Assembly (NCBI GenBank): GCA_965277285.1
Contig: OZ255721.1
Coordinates: forward strand, 2,304,001 to 2,368,000
Reading direction: 5' to 3'
Length of the DNA stretch: 64,000 nucleotides
Origin: Abditibacteriaceae bacterium
Lineage (GTDB): Bacteria > Armatimonadota > Abditibacteriia > Abditibacteriales > Abditibacteriaceae
This document shows, in pieces, positions 41,515 through 54,507 of this stretch. How positions within the stretch are numbered: the stretch's first letter is position 1; each line of letters starts with the position of its first letter. A program made the position numbers and the translations under genes. The notes beneath the pieces are model-generated. The model was not told where the DNA came from. It made no database searches and saw nothing but the letters and a program-made list of their open reading frames with translations.

Positions 41515-42371
41515 GAGGGTGTATAGGAAAGGGTTAGACTTACATTTATGAAACGCCAGAGCTATCCCAGTGATTTGAGCGAGGCACAATGGCAAGTGCT
41601 GCGCCCTTTGATCGAGCCACAGCGTGCGCGCGGTACGCGCAGGCTTTACGCCCAACGCGAGATCGTCAACGCTTTGTTGTATCAGTTGACCAACGGCTGC
41701 TCGTGGCGTGCTTTGCCTCACGATTTTCCGCCTTACACTGTGGTTTGGTATCACTTCCGGCGCTGGCGTGACAACGGCACTCTCGAAGGTATCCACAGTT
41801 CGTTGCGTTCTCAAGTGCGCCAGGCCGATGGACGGGATGAGGCGCCCAGCGCAGCGATTCTGGACAGCCAGAGCGTCAAAACCACAGAAAAAGGGGGCCA
41901 AAAGGCTTTGATGCAGCCAAGAAAATAAAAGGGCGCAAGCGTCATATTCTAGTGGATACCAACGGCTTGTTGTTGCAAGTGTGTGTTCATGCTGCCAACG
42001 TTCAAGAGCGTGACGGAGCCAAATTACTTTTGCAAGACAAAGCCCTGTGGCGCTTTCCTTCACAACGTTTGCAGTTGATTTGGGCGGATGCAGGCTACTG
42101 GGGACACAAGTTCGCGGCTTGGGTGCGAGAAAACTGTGGCGTTGCGCTCCGAGTGATAAGCCGCAATGCCCTGGTGAACCGTCAATATGAAAACAAAGGC
42201 TACGTGCCGTTGCCGCGTCGCTGGGTTGTCGAAAGAACTTTTGCATGGTTGGGAAGATGTCGAAGGCTTTCAAAAGACTATGAGCAAAATGTCAAATCAA
42301 GTGAAACCTGGATTTATCTCGCCATGATCCGGCTTATGCTCCGAAGGCTTGCGTGATTCCTATACACCCTC
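41515..42371 (+). mobile_element. IS5-family element; two-ORF transposase 41548-42356 with probable programmed frameshift
   Basis: Terminal IR GAGGGTGTATAGGAA/TTCCTATACACCCTC; YPSDLS...[19 protein letters not shown] run AAAAAGGGGG at the ORF junction, [11 protein letters not shown]. Confidence 0.92.
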
Positions 42372-43225
42372 TCAGTAATGAGTGCGCAGGCCAAGTGCAA
42401 CATAGCCAGATAGTTCTGGCTTTTCTTTTCCCACCTGACCAACAAGCGGCGATAACGGTTGATCCAGCTATGCGTTCTCTCCACCACCCAGCGTCGTGCT
42501 TTCTTTCCCACTTGTTTGGCCTGGACTTCCTCGCCTCGCGGTCGAATGTGGGTGGTGTAGCCAAAGGCTTGGGCAATCTCACGCACTTCGTCGTAGTCAT
42601 AACCGGCATCCAGGCATAAGTCCTGATCACATCCCTGAGCCATATGACAAAGTCTCTTATCCTCAACCACTGGGGTCACACTAGCCAAAGTCGCCGCCAC
42701 CAGTTTCATGTCGTGACGGTTGGCGCCTTCGATCTCCAGCCCCACGGGAATGCCACAGGACTCAGTCAGCAGGCTCCTTTTGACGCCGCCTTTGGCGCGG
42801 TCGGTGGGATTGGTCCGGTTTTTTTCCCCACCCAGAGGCGCTTTGGTCATCGCGCCATCCAGAGCCAGCCAACTCCAGTCCAAACCAACGAGTTCGTCGT
42901 AGTCGCATAAAGCCGCTTCCCACAAGCGCACGAAGAAGCCATCTTGCTCCCACTCCTGAAAGCGCGAGTGAGCTGTAGAACCCGAGCAGAGCCAGTGGCA
43001 TCCAGAGCCTTCCACTGGCAGCCGGTTCGCAGCACAAAGAAGATGCCGTTCAAGACCTGACGGTCAGGAACGCGCGGGCGATGGCAGCCTAAAGGATGCA
43101 CTGGCTTTTGCCGAACTGGGAGCAACGGTTCGATCAGCTCCCATAACACATCCGAAATCACAAACTCTTGAACAGGAATTTCATGTTTCATGCCACGCAG
43201 TTTATCACCCTATTCGGATAGGCTC
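42372..43225 (-). mobile_element. IS5-family element, truncated and frameshifted
   Basis: VLRTGCQWKAL, LDGAMTKAPLGG, RWVVERTHSW; frameshift near 42995; 3' end cut off by the adjacent IS. Confidence 0.85.
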
Positions 43226-43293
43226 TTAGTGTGGTCTAACAACATTGTTCGGCCGATGCGCTCGGCTTGATCGCGTGTGTTAGGATTGCAACC

Positions 43294-43863
43294 ATGTTTG
43301 AATACGCAAATGACACTTCTGGATGGAAGGATGATTGGCAGTTTGAATATCGCTTTGGCGCTTTTTATATCTTTCCGCCAACCGAAGTTATCGAACCAGT
43401 TGATGCGCTCAGGCAAACTTATGACCCGAGATCTGCTTCAGGCTGCCAAGCACACATTAGCCTGAGCGAATCGCTTGCTGCTCCACTGTCGGATGAACAG
43501 TTGGAGCAAATCCACACTGCGTTATCCGCCGTTCAGCCCTTCGATATTCGATATGGGCCTTTGCGAAGTTTTCCACCATACCCTGGTGTTTGTTATTCCA
43601 TCACGCCAGAAGATAACTTTCGGGCGCTGCGTTCGGCGCTTCATTCAACCTCTGCTTTTGTTGGTGTTCCGCTCAAACGCGAACACATCGCACCTCACAT
43701 GACGATTGCAGAGTTCCTCACTTTACAACAGACCGACGAACTTTTACAGGAGTTGAGCGGCAAAGTGCCAGAGGGAACATTTCGATGCGACTCAATTGAG
43801 TATGCTGTTCCCAACGATAAGTTTTACTTCGAGAGAGTTCTCACTATTCCGCTCAATGGTTGA
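43294..43863 (+). CDS. 2H phosphoesterase (2'-5' RNA ligase family), cassette-like gene
   Basis: Two HxS/T motifs (AHISL, PHMTI); preceded by core site GTTAGGA (43279) and followed by attC. Confidence 0.82.
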   Translation: MFEYANDTSGWKDDWQFEYRFGAFYIFPPTEVIEPVDALRQTYDPRSASGCQAHISLSESLAAPLSDEQLEQIHTALSAVQPFDIRYGPLRSFPPYPGVCYSITPEDNFRALRSALHSTSAFVGVPLKREHIAPHMTIAEFLTLQQTDELLQELSGKVPEGTFRCDSIEYAVPNDKFYFERVLTIPLNG

Positions 43864-43979
43864 ATTACAACGAGCTAACACCGGCCTAATAAGGCGCTGC
43901 ACCCGTCCGCCTACAGCTTTGCTCGTCGTTCCTCCTCGCTACGCTTTTGGCAGCGGCAGGTGAGATACTGTGTTGGTTG

Positions 43980-46005
<2,026 letters not shown>

Positions 46006-46070
46006 ACATACAAGCTTGGTCGTTCTGCTGCTTGCGCAGTATTGTATCAAGCCGAGTGCTTGCCGTTATA

Positions 46071-46718
46071 ATGCTCTCCATGCCATTAATATTGACATTG
46101 TTGCGACACGGACGTTCAAGAGCCGATGACGAGAATGTTCACGAGGGCAGATATGACTCTCCATTAACTGAAACTGGGCGAACTCAAGCCCTGTCACTTG
46201 CAGCGCGTTGGCGACAAGAGATAATTCATTTTGATGCCATCATATCCTCACCTCTATGCCGAGCTTCTGAAACTGCTGCCATCATTGGTAAAGCATTAAG
46301 TGTAAAACCCAAATACGATGACGATTTGATGGAGCGGAATAATGGGCTTGCAGCCGGAATGCCTTTAGACGAAGTGGAACGCCAGTATCCACAGACCCTG
46401 AGGGTTTCCCCTTACGCGCCTTGGTTTGTCAATGGCGAGTCTGAGGCGGAGTTTCATCGCCGAGCGGGAAGCGTTCTTGAGCGAATAGTTCGAATGGAAC
46501 TTCAATCAGTTTTAGTAGTGGCTCATGGTGGGATTCTGAATGCAATCTTACGCAACGCAATGAGCGCTCCAGTGCCCACTTTTGGTGGGCCTTACTTTGC
46601 TTTTGGAGATACAGGTTTTGCTCAGCTCAGATACGAGATTGAACGATATGGTTGGTATATCACGCATCTAAATGACATCAATCATCTTCACGAGGGCAAT
46701 AACATACTTGACATCTAA
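46071..46718 (+). CDS. Histidine phosphatase family protein, cassette-like gene
   Basis: LLRHGRS, SSPLCRASETA, VVAHGG; lower GC; follows attC. Confidence 0.88.
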   Translation: MLSMPLILTLLRHGRSRADDENVHEGRYDSPLTETGRTQALSLAARWRQEIIHFDAIISSPLCRASETAAIIGKALSVKPKYDDDLMERNNGLAAGMPLDEVERQYPQTLRVSPYAPWFVNGESEAEFHRRAGSVLERIVRMELQSVLVVAHGGILNAILRNAMSAPVPTFGGPYFAFGDTGFAQLRYEIERYGWYITHLNDINHLHEGNNILDI

Positions 46719-46739
46719 AACGTCATTTTGAGGAACAAG

Positions 46740-46781
46740 GGCAGGCTGTAGGTGGTCGGGCGCAGCGCCTCATTAGGCGGC
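46740..46781 (-). other. Truncated attC (left half)
   Basis: Minus strand GCCGCCTAATGAGGCGCTGCGCCCGACCACCTACAGC, homologous to the attC at 43884. Confidence 0.7.
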
Positions 46782-46791
46782 TGTCATTCGG

Positions 46792-47382
46792 TCACAATCT
46801 GTTTTCGACGGTTGCTATTCCAAAATGAGTGCAAATTTGTGACACAACCTCGTACGGCGCAAGAGCCTCATTGTTGATTTTTAAATGTGGATAAGAATAG
46901 GGGAAATCGCTCTCCAAATTGGAGAGATATTCTGCTTCCTCACGCATCAGTTTTTCAGAAAATTCGGTATCGCGTTTAAATGGCTTATGATGTAGGCGAT
47001 GTTCGGTTAGGTTGCGGTCAAGCCTCGTCTTAAACGAAGCTTCTAACTCAACGAACAGCACACGGCCACCACGCCTCAAAAAGGGAGCAGCATAACATTC
47101 ATTCTGCCCATGGTCGAGAACGGAATCGAAGTCTGGCACAGAGGAAAAGATAAAGCCCGGGATTTCACTGGCGGCAACTTCCTCGAAGATGCTGACACGA
47201 AAGTCGAACAGCAAACGCTGGAACGCTGGCGTGCCGTAATCGAAAACCGGCAGCAGCAAGTCAATCGTTTGGTGGTTGTGCATGAACTTAAAGCCTGTGA
47301 TGCGGCTCAGTTCTTGTCCCACCGTCATTTTGCCTACTGCTTGGGGCCCAATGATGAAAATCAAAGTTTTGGAAGTTGACAT
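46792..47382 (-). CDS. P-loop kinase (shikimate kinase/AAA-like), cassette-like gene
   Basis: IIGPQAVGKMTVG P-loop; bounded by GTTAGGCGGC and GCCGCCTAAT. Confidence 0.8.
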   Translation of the reverse strand: MSTSKTLIFIIGPQAVGKMTVGQELSRITGFKFMHNHQTIDLLLPVFDYGTPAFQRLLFDFRVSIFEEVAASEIPGFIFSSVPDFDSVLDHGQNECYAAPFLRRGGRVLFVELEASFKTRLDRNLTEHRLHHKPFKRDTEFSEKLMREEAEYLSNLESDFPYSYPHLKINNEALAPYEVVSQICTHFGIATVENRL

Positions 47383-47441
47383 TGTGAATTAGTATACTTT
47401 TTCGCTTACGCAAACCCTCGGCGCCGTATTAAGCCACGCGC

Positions 47442-47480
47442 TGCCGCCTAACAATATTAGACCGCAATCTCTCGGCATAA
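47442..47480 (-). other. Putative attI-like site
   Basis: Minus strand GTTATGCCGAGAGATTGCGGTCTAATATTGTTAGGC; core site with no attC hairpin upstream. Confidence 0.45.
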
Positions 47481-47557
47481 CAACGATTCCAATGAATACA
47501 AAATGGTTTATATTCGGGCGAGGGCGGGCAATATCATTGTTTTAGGTGTCAAAGATA

Positions 47558-47820
47558 TGATTGCCAAAACAAAGTTCAGCGACGAGAAGATCGCCTACGT
47601 TTTGCGCCAAGTCGAAGGCGGAACCACAGCGGTTGAAGTGTGCCGGGAACATGGTATCAGCGAACAAACGTTCTATCGCTGGAAGAAGCGGTTTGCGGGC
47701 ATCGGGTGCCCTCTGGGCGGATGGGAGAAGTGCGGCGTTTACACCAACTCGAGGAAGAGAACACACGGCTCAAACAACTGGTGGCTGACCTGAGCCTTGA
47801 CAAAGCGATGTTGCAAGAGT
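47558..47820 (+). pseudogene. IS3-family OrfA fragment, frameshifted; no OrfB
   Basis: KFSDEKIAYVLRQ...GISEQTFYRWKKRFAG, then in another frame EVRRLHQLEEENTRLKQLVADLSLDKAMLQE. Confidence 0.85.
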
Positions 47821-48495
47821 TCAATCCTTTTTACCCTTCAACCTTTCGACGATCATCTTAGGAGCCAGCTCAGATAGCCCCCGCAGCGTTCATTATGGCG
47901 AAACTGCCAGAACAGACAACGACAAAGCGGACGATTCATGCACCGAATGAAAGGCTTCCATATCGCGCTTTAGCGGCCCGCGCTGTGGCGCAGCAGATGG
48001 CGCATCGGGCAGGTTTGCGCATGATCGGAGCCGTCCAGGTTGTGCAACGTGCTCTCTGTTGGCACTAAAAACACTTTGCTCTGGCAGGCGCGACATTGTG
48101 AAAGCTGCTTTACGTCGGTCAACGAACGCGGTCTGGCGCGCTGTGTGTCGGGTTCTGCGCTGTCTCCTTCATCGTGTGACGCGGTGCTTTGTCTACCACC
48201 ACGCTCGGCGCCTTGGCTTACGCCTTGTTTCGTGCCTTGTTCCGCTTCACGAAACGGCGACATCTGATCTCGATGCTCCAAAGTGTCCTGCTCCAAAGTT
48301 CCGAGCGAACCGGTTTCAGGCGGCTGGCCTTCCTCAAGAAGTCTTTGCTCGAGTTGGCGCGTCAGCTTGAGCAACAGAATGGAACATCCGACCAGTTCCT
48401 GCACAATCGGTAAAAGATGGGGAGAAAACATAAATCAACTCACAGAGAAAAGAGCTTCAATCGAAACCAAAAAGTTCGAGTACTCGATTTGAGTT

Positions 48496-48867
48496 TTAAC
48501 GTGGCTTGCGCGGCGAACGGACGCGCGGCCCCGAACGTCGCGTGCGTTCGCGTGGTGGCACTTCTTTGGATGACAAAATGGTTTGCATCAATGGCGATTT
48601 TCGGGGTTGCGTCGCGTGTTCCAGTTCGTTGAGCGATTGATCCAGTTGCGCCATGAATTCCACAAAAGGAACTCCGATGGCGCGGCACATCGCGCGCAAT
48701 TCCAGCACATCGATCTTGCGGTCGCCGTTCTCGCAGCGCGAAACCGAGAGTTGCGATAAGCCGATGCGCTCGCCCAATTGATCCTGCCGCAAACCCACCT
48801 TGACCCGCGCCTCGCGCAGCAGGCGGCGAAACAGCGCGTGTTCCGGCGTATAGTGCGATTGTGCGAT
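48496..48867 (-). CDS. XRE-family HTH regulator (start uncertain)
   Basis: LLREARVKVGLRQDQLGERIGLSQLSVSRCENGDRKIDVLEL. Confidence 0.8.
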   Translation of the reverse strand: MAQSHYTPEHALFRRLLREARVKVGLRQDQLGERIGLSQLSVSRCENGDRKIDVLELRAMCRAIGVPFVEFMAQLDQSLNELEHATQPRKSPLMQTILSSKEVPPRERTRRSGPRVRSPRKPR

Positions 48868-49204
48868 GTCCCTCCTCCCGCACGCGACACTCGGGCCATA
48901 AAGCCCAAAGTCGGCGCACAGGAAAAGGTTTTACAATCTCTCTTTGAATAGTATGAATTTGATTATTAAACGCGACGTTTGCGCGCTCTGCTCTAAAAGT
49001 GATCAAAATGGGGCACGGACACGTTTTTCGCCACTTCCTATAAAAACCAAAAGCGCGCCCCAATGCGAGTACTCGATGGGCGCGGTTTGGTGCGTGGACT
49101 TGACAGGTTTTAACGTCGTGTCTTCGTATAAATTTCCTTTTATCCAATAATCCGTCGGCCCGACAAACGAAACTATACGGCAGGCGGTGATGCGCCGCCC
49201 TGAG

Positions 49205-49957
49205 CTAAAATGCGCGCATGTAACTCCCGCCCCCATCCGGGTCGATGCTGTTGGTCGTGGACCAAGGTTGATCTGGTGTCAGCCCAAAGTCGCCGCTGCG
49301 AATCGCTCTGTATTTGCGCCATTTTACGTGGCCGTCGAGGAAAAGGAGATTGCCGCCGTCGAAATGGACATTGGACTGAAGTTCTCCGCCGAACGCGAAG
49401 AGGTGCCAGTAGTTAAAAGAACCGGGGGCGTTATCACCGCCACCACCCTCAGGGAATGAGAAAAAAGCATTGCTACCCTTATTTCTTTCTTGAAAACAGG
49501 CGATCTCGGAGGGAGACGGCACAAGGGCCAGCGTGACCCGGCGAAAACCCATCAGAACGCCATTACCCGAGTAGGAAGTGTTGCCCCACTCGTTGGGTGC
49601 GGAGACCCCAGTCTCAGGCTCGGCGCTTGGGCACAAATGAACCTGAGTGTTTTTGAGGTAGCGATCTATGTCGCGCAGCGGACTCGTCCAGTGAATCGGC
49701 TTCATGTAATCGCCCATGCCACCAGAATCGGTGCGTGGTAGGGTCTCGTCACACTCTTGAACATATTGCATCAACGCCAGGCCGATTTGCTTCATGTTGC
49801 TCGCACACGAGGCGCGACGCGCGCTTTCACGCGCCTTGGCAAAAGCCGGAAAAAGGACGGCTGCCAGAATCGCTATGATGGCGATCACCACGAGCAACTC
49901 GATCAGGGTAAAGCCATTGTCAAAGGACTTGATGCGAGAACGATTCTGCAATTTCAT
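49205..49957 (-). CDS. Prepilin-type DUF1559-family protein with H-X9-DG motif
   Basis: [50 protein letters not shown]. Confidence 0.92.
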   Translation of the reverse strand: MKLQNRSRIKSFDNGFTLIELLVVIAIIAILAAVLFPAFAKARESARRASCASNMKQIGLALMQYVQECDETLPRTDSGGMGDYMKPIHWTSPLRDIDRYLKNTQVHLCPSAEPETGVSAPNEWGNTSYSGNGVLMGFRRVTLALVPSPSEIACFQERNKGSNAFFSFPEGGGGDNAPGSFNYWHLFAFGGELQSNVHFDGGNLLFLDGHVKWRKYRAIRSGDFGLTPDQPWSTTNSIDPDGGGSYMRAF

Positions 49958-50477
49958 TTGCTTCCCTTGATATAAACATAACGGGCATCACGAGTTGAAG
50001 CTAATGATTGTGCTGTAGCATAACATGAGGTCTGACAACGCACAGGAATAAAAGGGCGGCCACCCGATGAAGGATGCCCGCTCTTGGCCGCCAAACTGAG
50101 ATTATTCCATGCAACGTCCATTCTATGAAGGTTGTTATAGTTTTCCATTCGGCTGTTTGAGAACAAAATACCAAAACACGCCAACACAAACGAAAGGCGC
50201 CAAGAGCGCCAGCCAAGGCAAGCCAGCGTCAACGCACGCAAAAGCAGCGAGACCGCCGGTCCCAATAAACACGAACAATGTCAAAACACCCCGATGCAAG
50301 AAAACGGGCCAGTGCAGCCGTCCGTTAAATTTTCACGCGTGTTTTTATTCAAAATCGTCACCGACCAACCGCGACAGCCGCGCCTGGTTCGACAGTCCCT
50401 CAATAATCGCCACAACGTGCTCGCGCGCGCTTGCGGCGATAAGTTTTGCAGCAAGCGCCCGACATAAGCCGCTTCCA

Positions 50478-50511
50478 GCGCCGCCACATCGAGTACTCGA
50501 TGTGGCGGCGC
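50478..50511. repeat. 34-bp perfect palindrome centred on TCGAGTACTCGA
   Basis: GCGCCGCCACATCGAGT|ACTCGATGTGGCGGCGC. Confidence 0.95.
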
Positions 50512-50599
50512 GGTTTTGTGCGTGAAGTTGGGACGATCTGGCGTCGGTTCTTTATCTAATTTGCATTAGTTAGAATGTTGCAAAAGGGGTAGATTATGT

Positions 50600-51142
50600 T
50601 TAATGGGTCTGGCCTTTGCGGTGTAGGCGAGCGATGTTATTGAGAATGGTAACTTCGTCCTGACGATCTTTGATCGCGCGCCCAATGGTCAATGCCTGCT
50701 GAAAGTAGCGCAATGCCTCTTTCGAGCGGCCCAGTTGGTGATAGGTCTGGCCGATGGAGTTGAGGTCAGCGCCAAGGGCAGCAGCGCCGCGGCGATGCGC
50801 CTTGTCAATCGCATAAGCCGCCTTGAAGTGGCGGAGCGCAGCGGCGAAGTCGGAGTGCGCCCTCAAGTGCTTTGCCCACCAGAAATGAGCATTGGAAAGC
50901 TTGGTTTGATAGCTCACCTGCGCCGGAGCAAGCTGCGCCGCTCGGGTGAGCAATTCGACAGCTCTGGCAAAATCTGATTTATTGAAAGCCGCTTCGCCCT
51001 GCCGTTCCAACGAGGCGGCGGTGGCTTGAGTGGTGCTGGGTTCAGCAGCGTTGGCAACCTTGGCCGAGACGCCAACGGCGACGCATGGCGTCAGCAGCAA
51101 AATGCAACAACCGAGTGCGCGAAAGCTTTGAAAGCTTTGCAT
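50600..51142 (-). CDS. Secreted TPR protein, possibly a truncated larger TPR gene
   Basis: Signal peptide; LNSIGQTYHQLGRSKEALRYFQQAL repeats. Confidence 0.7.
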   Translation of the reverse strand: MQSFQSFRALGCCILLLTPCVAVGVSAKVANAAEPSTTQATAASLERQGEAAFNKSDFARAVELLTRAAQLAPAQVSYQTKLSNAHFWWAKHLRAHSDFAAALRHFKAAYAIDKAHRRGAAALGADLNSIGQTYHQLGRSKEALRYFQQALTIGRAIKDRQDEVTILNNIARLHRKGQTH

Positions 51143-51349
51143 GGAAGAGTGTCCTTTGTGGTTCGTCTGGCTGTGGCTCGTCTGGCTGTGGCTCGTCTGG
51201 CTGTGGCTCGTCTGGCCCCCAGCATACCATATCGTCTAAAGCGCGCTTCAGCGAGTGTTTACAGCGTGCCCGCCGCCTTGTATTTCGTCATACAAAGATT
51301 GCGCCTCGTGCAAAACAAGCGACCGCTCATAAGGCGACAACCCACCCGC

Positions 51350-51650
51350 CGAAGCATTAGCCGTCTTCGCCACGGCCGCCGCTTCATCCGCCGCCCGCTT
51401 TGTTCTGCCGCCGCCTCGCTCATGGGTTGACCTTCAACCGTCGGGCCGTCGTCGTGCCCTCGTCATGCCGTACCAACGCGTGCCGGGGAAATGATAAACG
51501 CCGGTCTTGGTGTTCACCCACACCTGGCCCGACGATTGAGCACTGGGCGCCTGGGTTGTTGGCGCGCTGGGCTGAGAACTTCGAGTACTCGATTCGCGCG
51601 TTCGCCTGATGCTTTGCGCCTGATGCTTTGCGCCTGATGCTTTGCGCATG
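51350..51650 (-). pseudogene. Fragment of a small secreted-type protein, frameshifted
   Basis: GQVWVNTKTGVYHFPGTRWYG continues as EGQPMSEAAA in another frame; boundaries approximate. Confidence 0.4.
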
Positions 51651-51803
51651 GTCGCTTCGCGTGGCGCGTCGTCGATAACCGCGATGAGAAATGCCGCTCG
51701 TTTCATCGGCAATAGGTGCGTTACCCAGCTCACCCAAATATTTACGGTAGTCGCTGATCCAGTCGGCCGCAATTTCGCGCTGCGCGTCCTGGATGTATTC
51801 CTG

Positions 51804-52364
51804 TTATGTCGCCGTTTCCGCGAAAAGTTGGCGCAACGTTTTGTAGGAAAGATACAAACGCATCTTGTTCTCGGGAGCGGAAATCATGTCAAATCGCTCG
51901 TAAAAAGCTTTGGCAGCTTCGTCTTTGGCATCCACGATGAAAAAACGCACCGGAGCCGCGCCCGACTCCATCACAGCCCAGGTGCGTCGGATCGCGTCGG
52001 TAAACAGAGAGCGATCCAGTCCCTGACCCTGAAACCTGAGATCGACTGCAAAACGCGCCATCAATAGCACAGGAATCGAAGACGGCATCCCACGCGCCAG
52101 CTTCCTGGGCGCTTCGATTTGGGAAACGATGGCGTGCGTCAAGGTGTAATAGCCGATAACCACCCTGTCGCTGCTGCTCACCTCGCTGTCGCGCACTTCG
52201 CTGTCGCGCACGCTGCTCGTGACGGCATAGGTGCGCGACAGCATCGCGTTCTGCTTATCCAGCGCGTGCCGTTGCAGAAACTCATTGAGCGGTGCCTGGC
52301 CGCAATCGAAGCGCGACGTATCGTGTCCAGCCCGTAACAGTTCGGGTGGCGTGATCTTATTCAT
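51804..52364 (-). CDS. GNAT acetyltransferase toxin (TacT/AtaT-like)
   Basis: FDCGQAPLNEFL, VIGYYTL, IPVLLMARFAVD, VDAKDEAAKAFYERF; downstream of DUF1778. Confidence 0.88.
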   Translation of the reverse strand: MNKITPPELLRAGHDTSRFDCGQAPLNEFLQRHALDKQNAMLSRTYAVTSSVRDSEVRDSEVSSSDRVVIGYYTLTHAIVSQIEAPRKLARGMPSSIPVLLMARFAVDLRFQGQGLDRSLFTDAIRRTWAVMESGAAPVRFFIVDAKDEAAKAFYERFDMISAPENKMRLYLSYKTLRQLFAETAT

Positions 52365-52653
52365 CCCAAACCGGTTTGCGGGCCAGAGCTTCGCGCAAAC
52401 GTGGCGAAGGCGAGGGTGGCGCGTCCATGATCCGGCACAGCTCTGCGTATTCTGCCGGCGAAACGAGAAGCTGTGTTTCTTCACGAACGACGCGCTCGGC
52501 CTCCTGCAAAGAAGCTTGCAGCACAAACTGGCTGACGTTCATATGACGCGCTTTGGCCGCTTGAGCCAACACTGTCTTCTGGCTGGGATTGGTGCGGATG
52601 GAGAGGCGCTCCTCTTTGGATCCTTTGAGGTTCTTGGCCACTAAATTGGGCAT
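52357..52653 (-). CDS. DUF1778 (TacA-like) RHH antitoxin
   Basis: KEERLSIRT...LAQAA...VSQFVLQAS...PSPRLREAL; overlaps the toxin start. Confidence 0.88.
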   Translation of the reverse strand: MPNLVAKNLKGSKEERLSIRTNPSQKTVLAQAAKARHMNVSQFVLQASLQEAERVVREETQLLVSPAEYAELCRIMDAPPSPSPRLREALARKPVWDE

Positions 52654-52756
52654 AGCTGCCTCCTTTGTCATTCTTCTGATTATGAATTATTGTACTCCCA
52701 TTGTCCACCCAATTTTTCAAAGTGAGCAACAGGCCTGTCGACTCTCGTGTTGCGCG

Positions 52757-52816
52757 AACAGACAAAGCAAAAAGTCGCACGATCTTGCAATCGTGCGACT
52801 TTTTGCTTTGTCTGTT
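52757..52816. terminator. Long bidirectional hairpin
   Basis: AACAGACAAAGCAAAAAGTCGCACGAT-loop-ATCGTGCGACTTTTTGCTTTGTCTGTT. Confidence 0.75.
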
Positions 52817-54507
52817 TCAGCCTGTGGCGGCTGAGATCGTGACTGTGGCAATGTTGCTGGTCTGATTGTTGTTGATGCGATAAGTGAAGGTAAAAGTTTG
52901 CGCGCCGCGTTTGTTGGTAATGAAGGTGAATGAACCATCAGATCGCAACGACAAGTAAGCGCCTTTGGGTTTGCTGACCAGGACAACGCGCACTGCTCGA
53001 TTGGGATTGAACTGGTCGTTGGCCAGAACGCCGGGTGCGGGAACGATGAGCACGCCTTGCCGTGTGCTATGGTTGCGTGGGTTGGCGTTGTAGAGGTAGA
53101 AGTTGTCGTTGGCTTGCGGCGCACCGTTTACATCACGAACGTTGAGGCTGAAGGATACGAGTCCGGAATCGCTATGCCCATCGTTCACCTTGAAGACGAA
53201 GAGGTCCTGACCGCTAAAACCGGGATTGGGTGTGTAAATCACGTTGGGACCGGTGCCACTGAGAGTGCCATTCTGCGGCTGATCCACAATAATATAGGTT
53301 AACGGGTCGTTCTCGGGATCCGTAGCGGAAAGCGTCAGCGGTGTGGACGTGTTGGCATCCACCGTAACGTATTTAGGAAAAGCAACAGGGGGCTGGTTGA
53401 CGGGTTGCTGTCCATCGAATTCGTCAGCGCCGATATCGACGACCGCCGTGCCGTTCCCGTCACCGTCGAGAGGCCGAACTGTTCCCTTGTAATCGTTGGA
53501 CGGTGCGCCCACATTGCTGCCGGCATCGATGGCGGGTGAGTTCCCAGGTAATCGGAAGTCGGTCGTTTGAGCGGCGAAGCCGGGATCGGCGGAAATGTTT
53601 CCGTTCAACCCTGTCAGATCGCTGGTGCCAACGTAGTTTGCTCCGTTTCCGAAGACGAGATTATGATCCCACGGAGGCGTATCGGCGCTGCTGGAAAGGA
53701 ACGCCAATTCCAACCCGATGCCGTTCCCGACGATCAGGTTGTTACGGTAGATGTGGCTCGCTGTCGAAATGCGCGCGTCCACATAGATTCCCACGGCGTT
53801 GCGCACGATGGTGTTGTTGACGACTTCGGGGTGGGCGCTTTGCGGCACGGTAATGTTGAGGGCACGGTAATGTTGAGGGCGCGACAGTCGTTGTCATAGA
53901 AAAGGTTGTTGATGATACGAGGCGAAGAGAAATTGATAAGACCTATTGTGCCGGTGAGATACTGCGTATCGCCACCTGCCGAGTTGAAGCGAAAAACATT
54001 TCGCTCGATGATTGGCGAAGCGTTATTTACCGCAATCGCCGCTCCAAAGCCACCGCTAAACTGCAAGTTCCTTTCGAAGATATTGCCCTTGATCAAGGTG
54101 CCTTCTCCATGGACAGCCATGCCGCCTCCAAAGTAGTTTGCGCCACCAGTGACGGTGAAACCAACCAGAGCAGCGCTTGGACCGATGTCTACAGCTGTTC
54201 CGCCGTTGCCCTGGATGGTGGTGACCTCGGGGCCTTCGGTGCTCTCGATGCGCAGGTCTTTGCCCTGAAATTGCAGGCTGCCAACATAGCTTCCCGGAGA
54301 GACGCGAATAACGTCCCCGGGTGATGCGGCATTTACAGCTGCCTGGACCGTAGGCTGTTCCGCCGGTACGTTGATCTCGGCGGCAAAAATGGGCTTGGCA
54401 ACGGCCAGACATACGAAGGACGCCAGTGCCGCAGTGCGCCTGGCATAACGTATAAAGGACAAATGATCGCTCCTTGTTGTGTTCTTTGAGTTGTGCCCCT
54501 CTGACAT
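52817..54507 (-). pseudogene. Secreted right-handed beta-helix/Ig-like (Big_9) protein, frameshifted by a 17-bp duplication
   Basis: ORFs 53734-54612 and 52817-53848 join if one copy of GGCACGGTAATGTTGAG (53844-53877) is removed; SPAIDAG...VDIGADE and PQNGTLSG...YTPNPGFSGQD motifs. Confidence 0.8.

Noticed and set aside
47970..48431. 153-aa minus-strand ORF
   Set aside because: No recognisable motif or RBS; cannot be supported as a gene.
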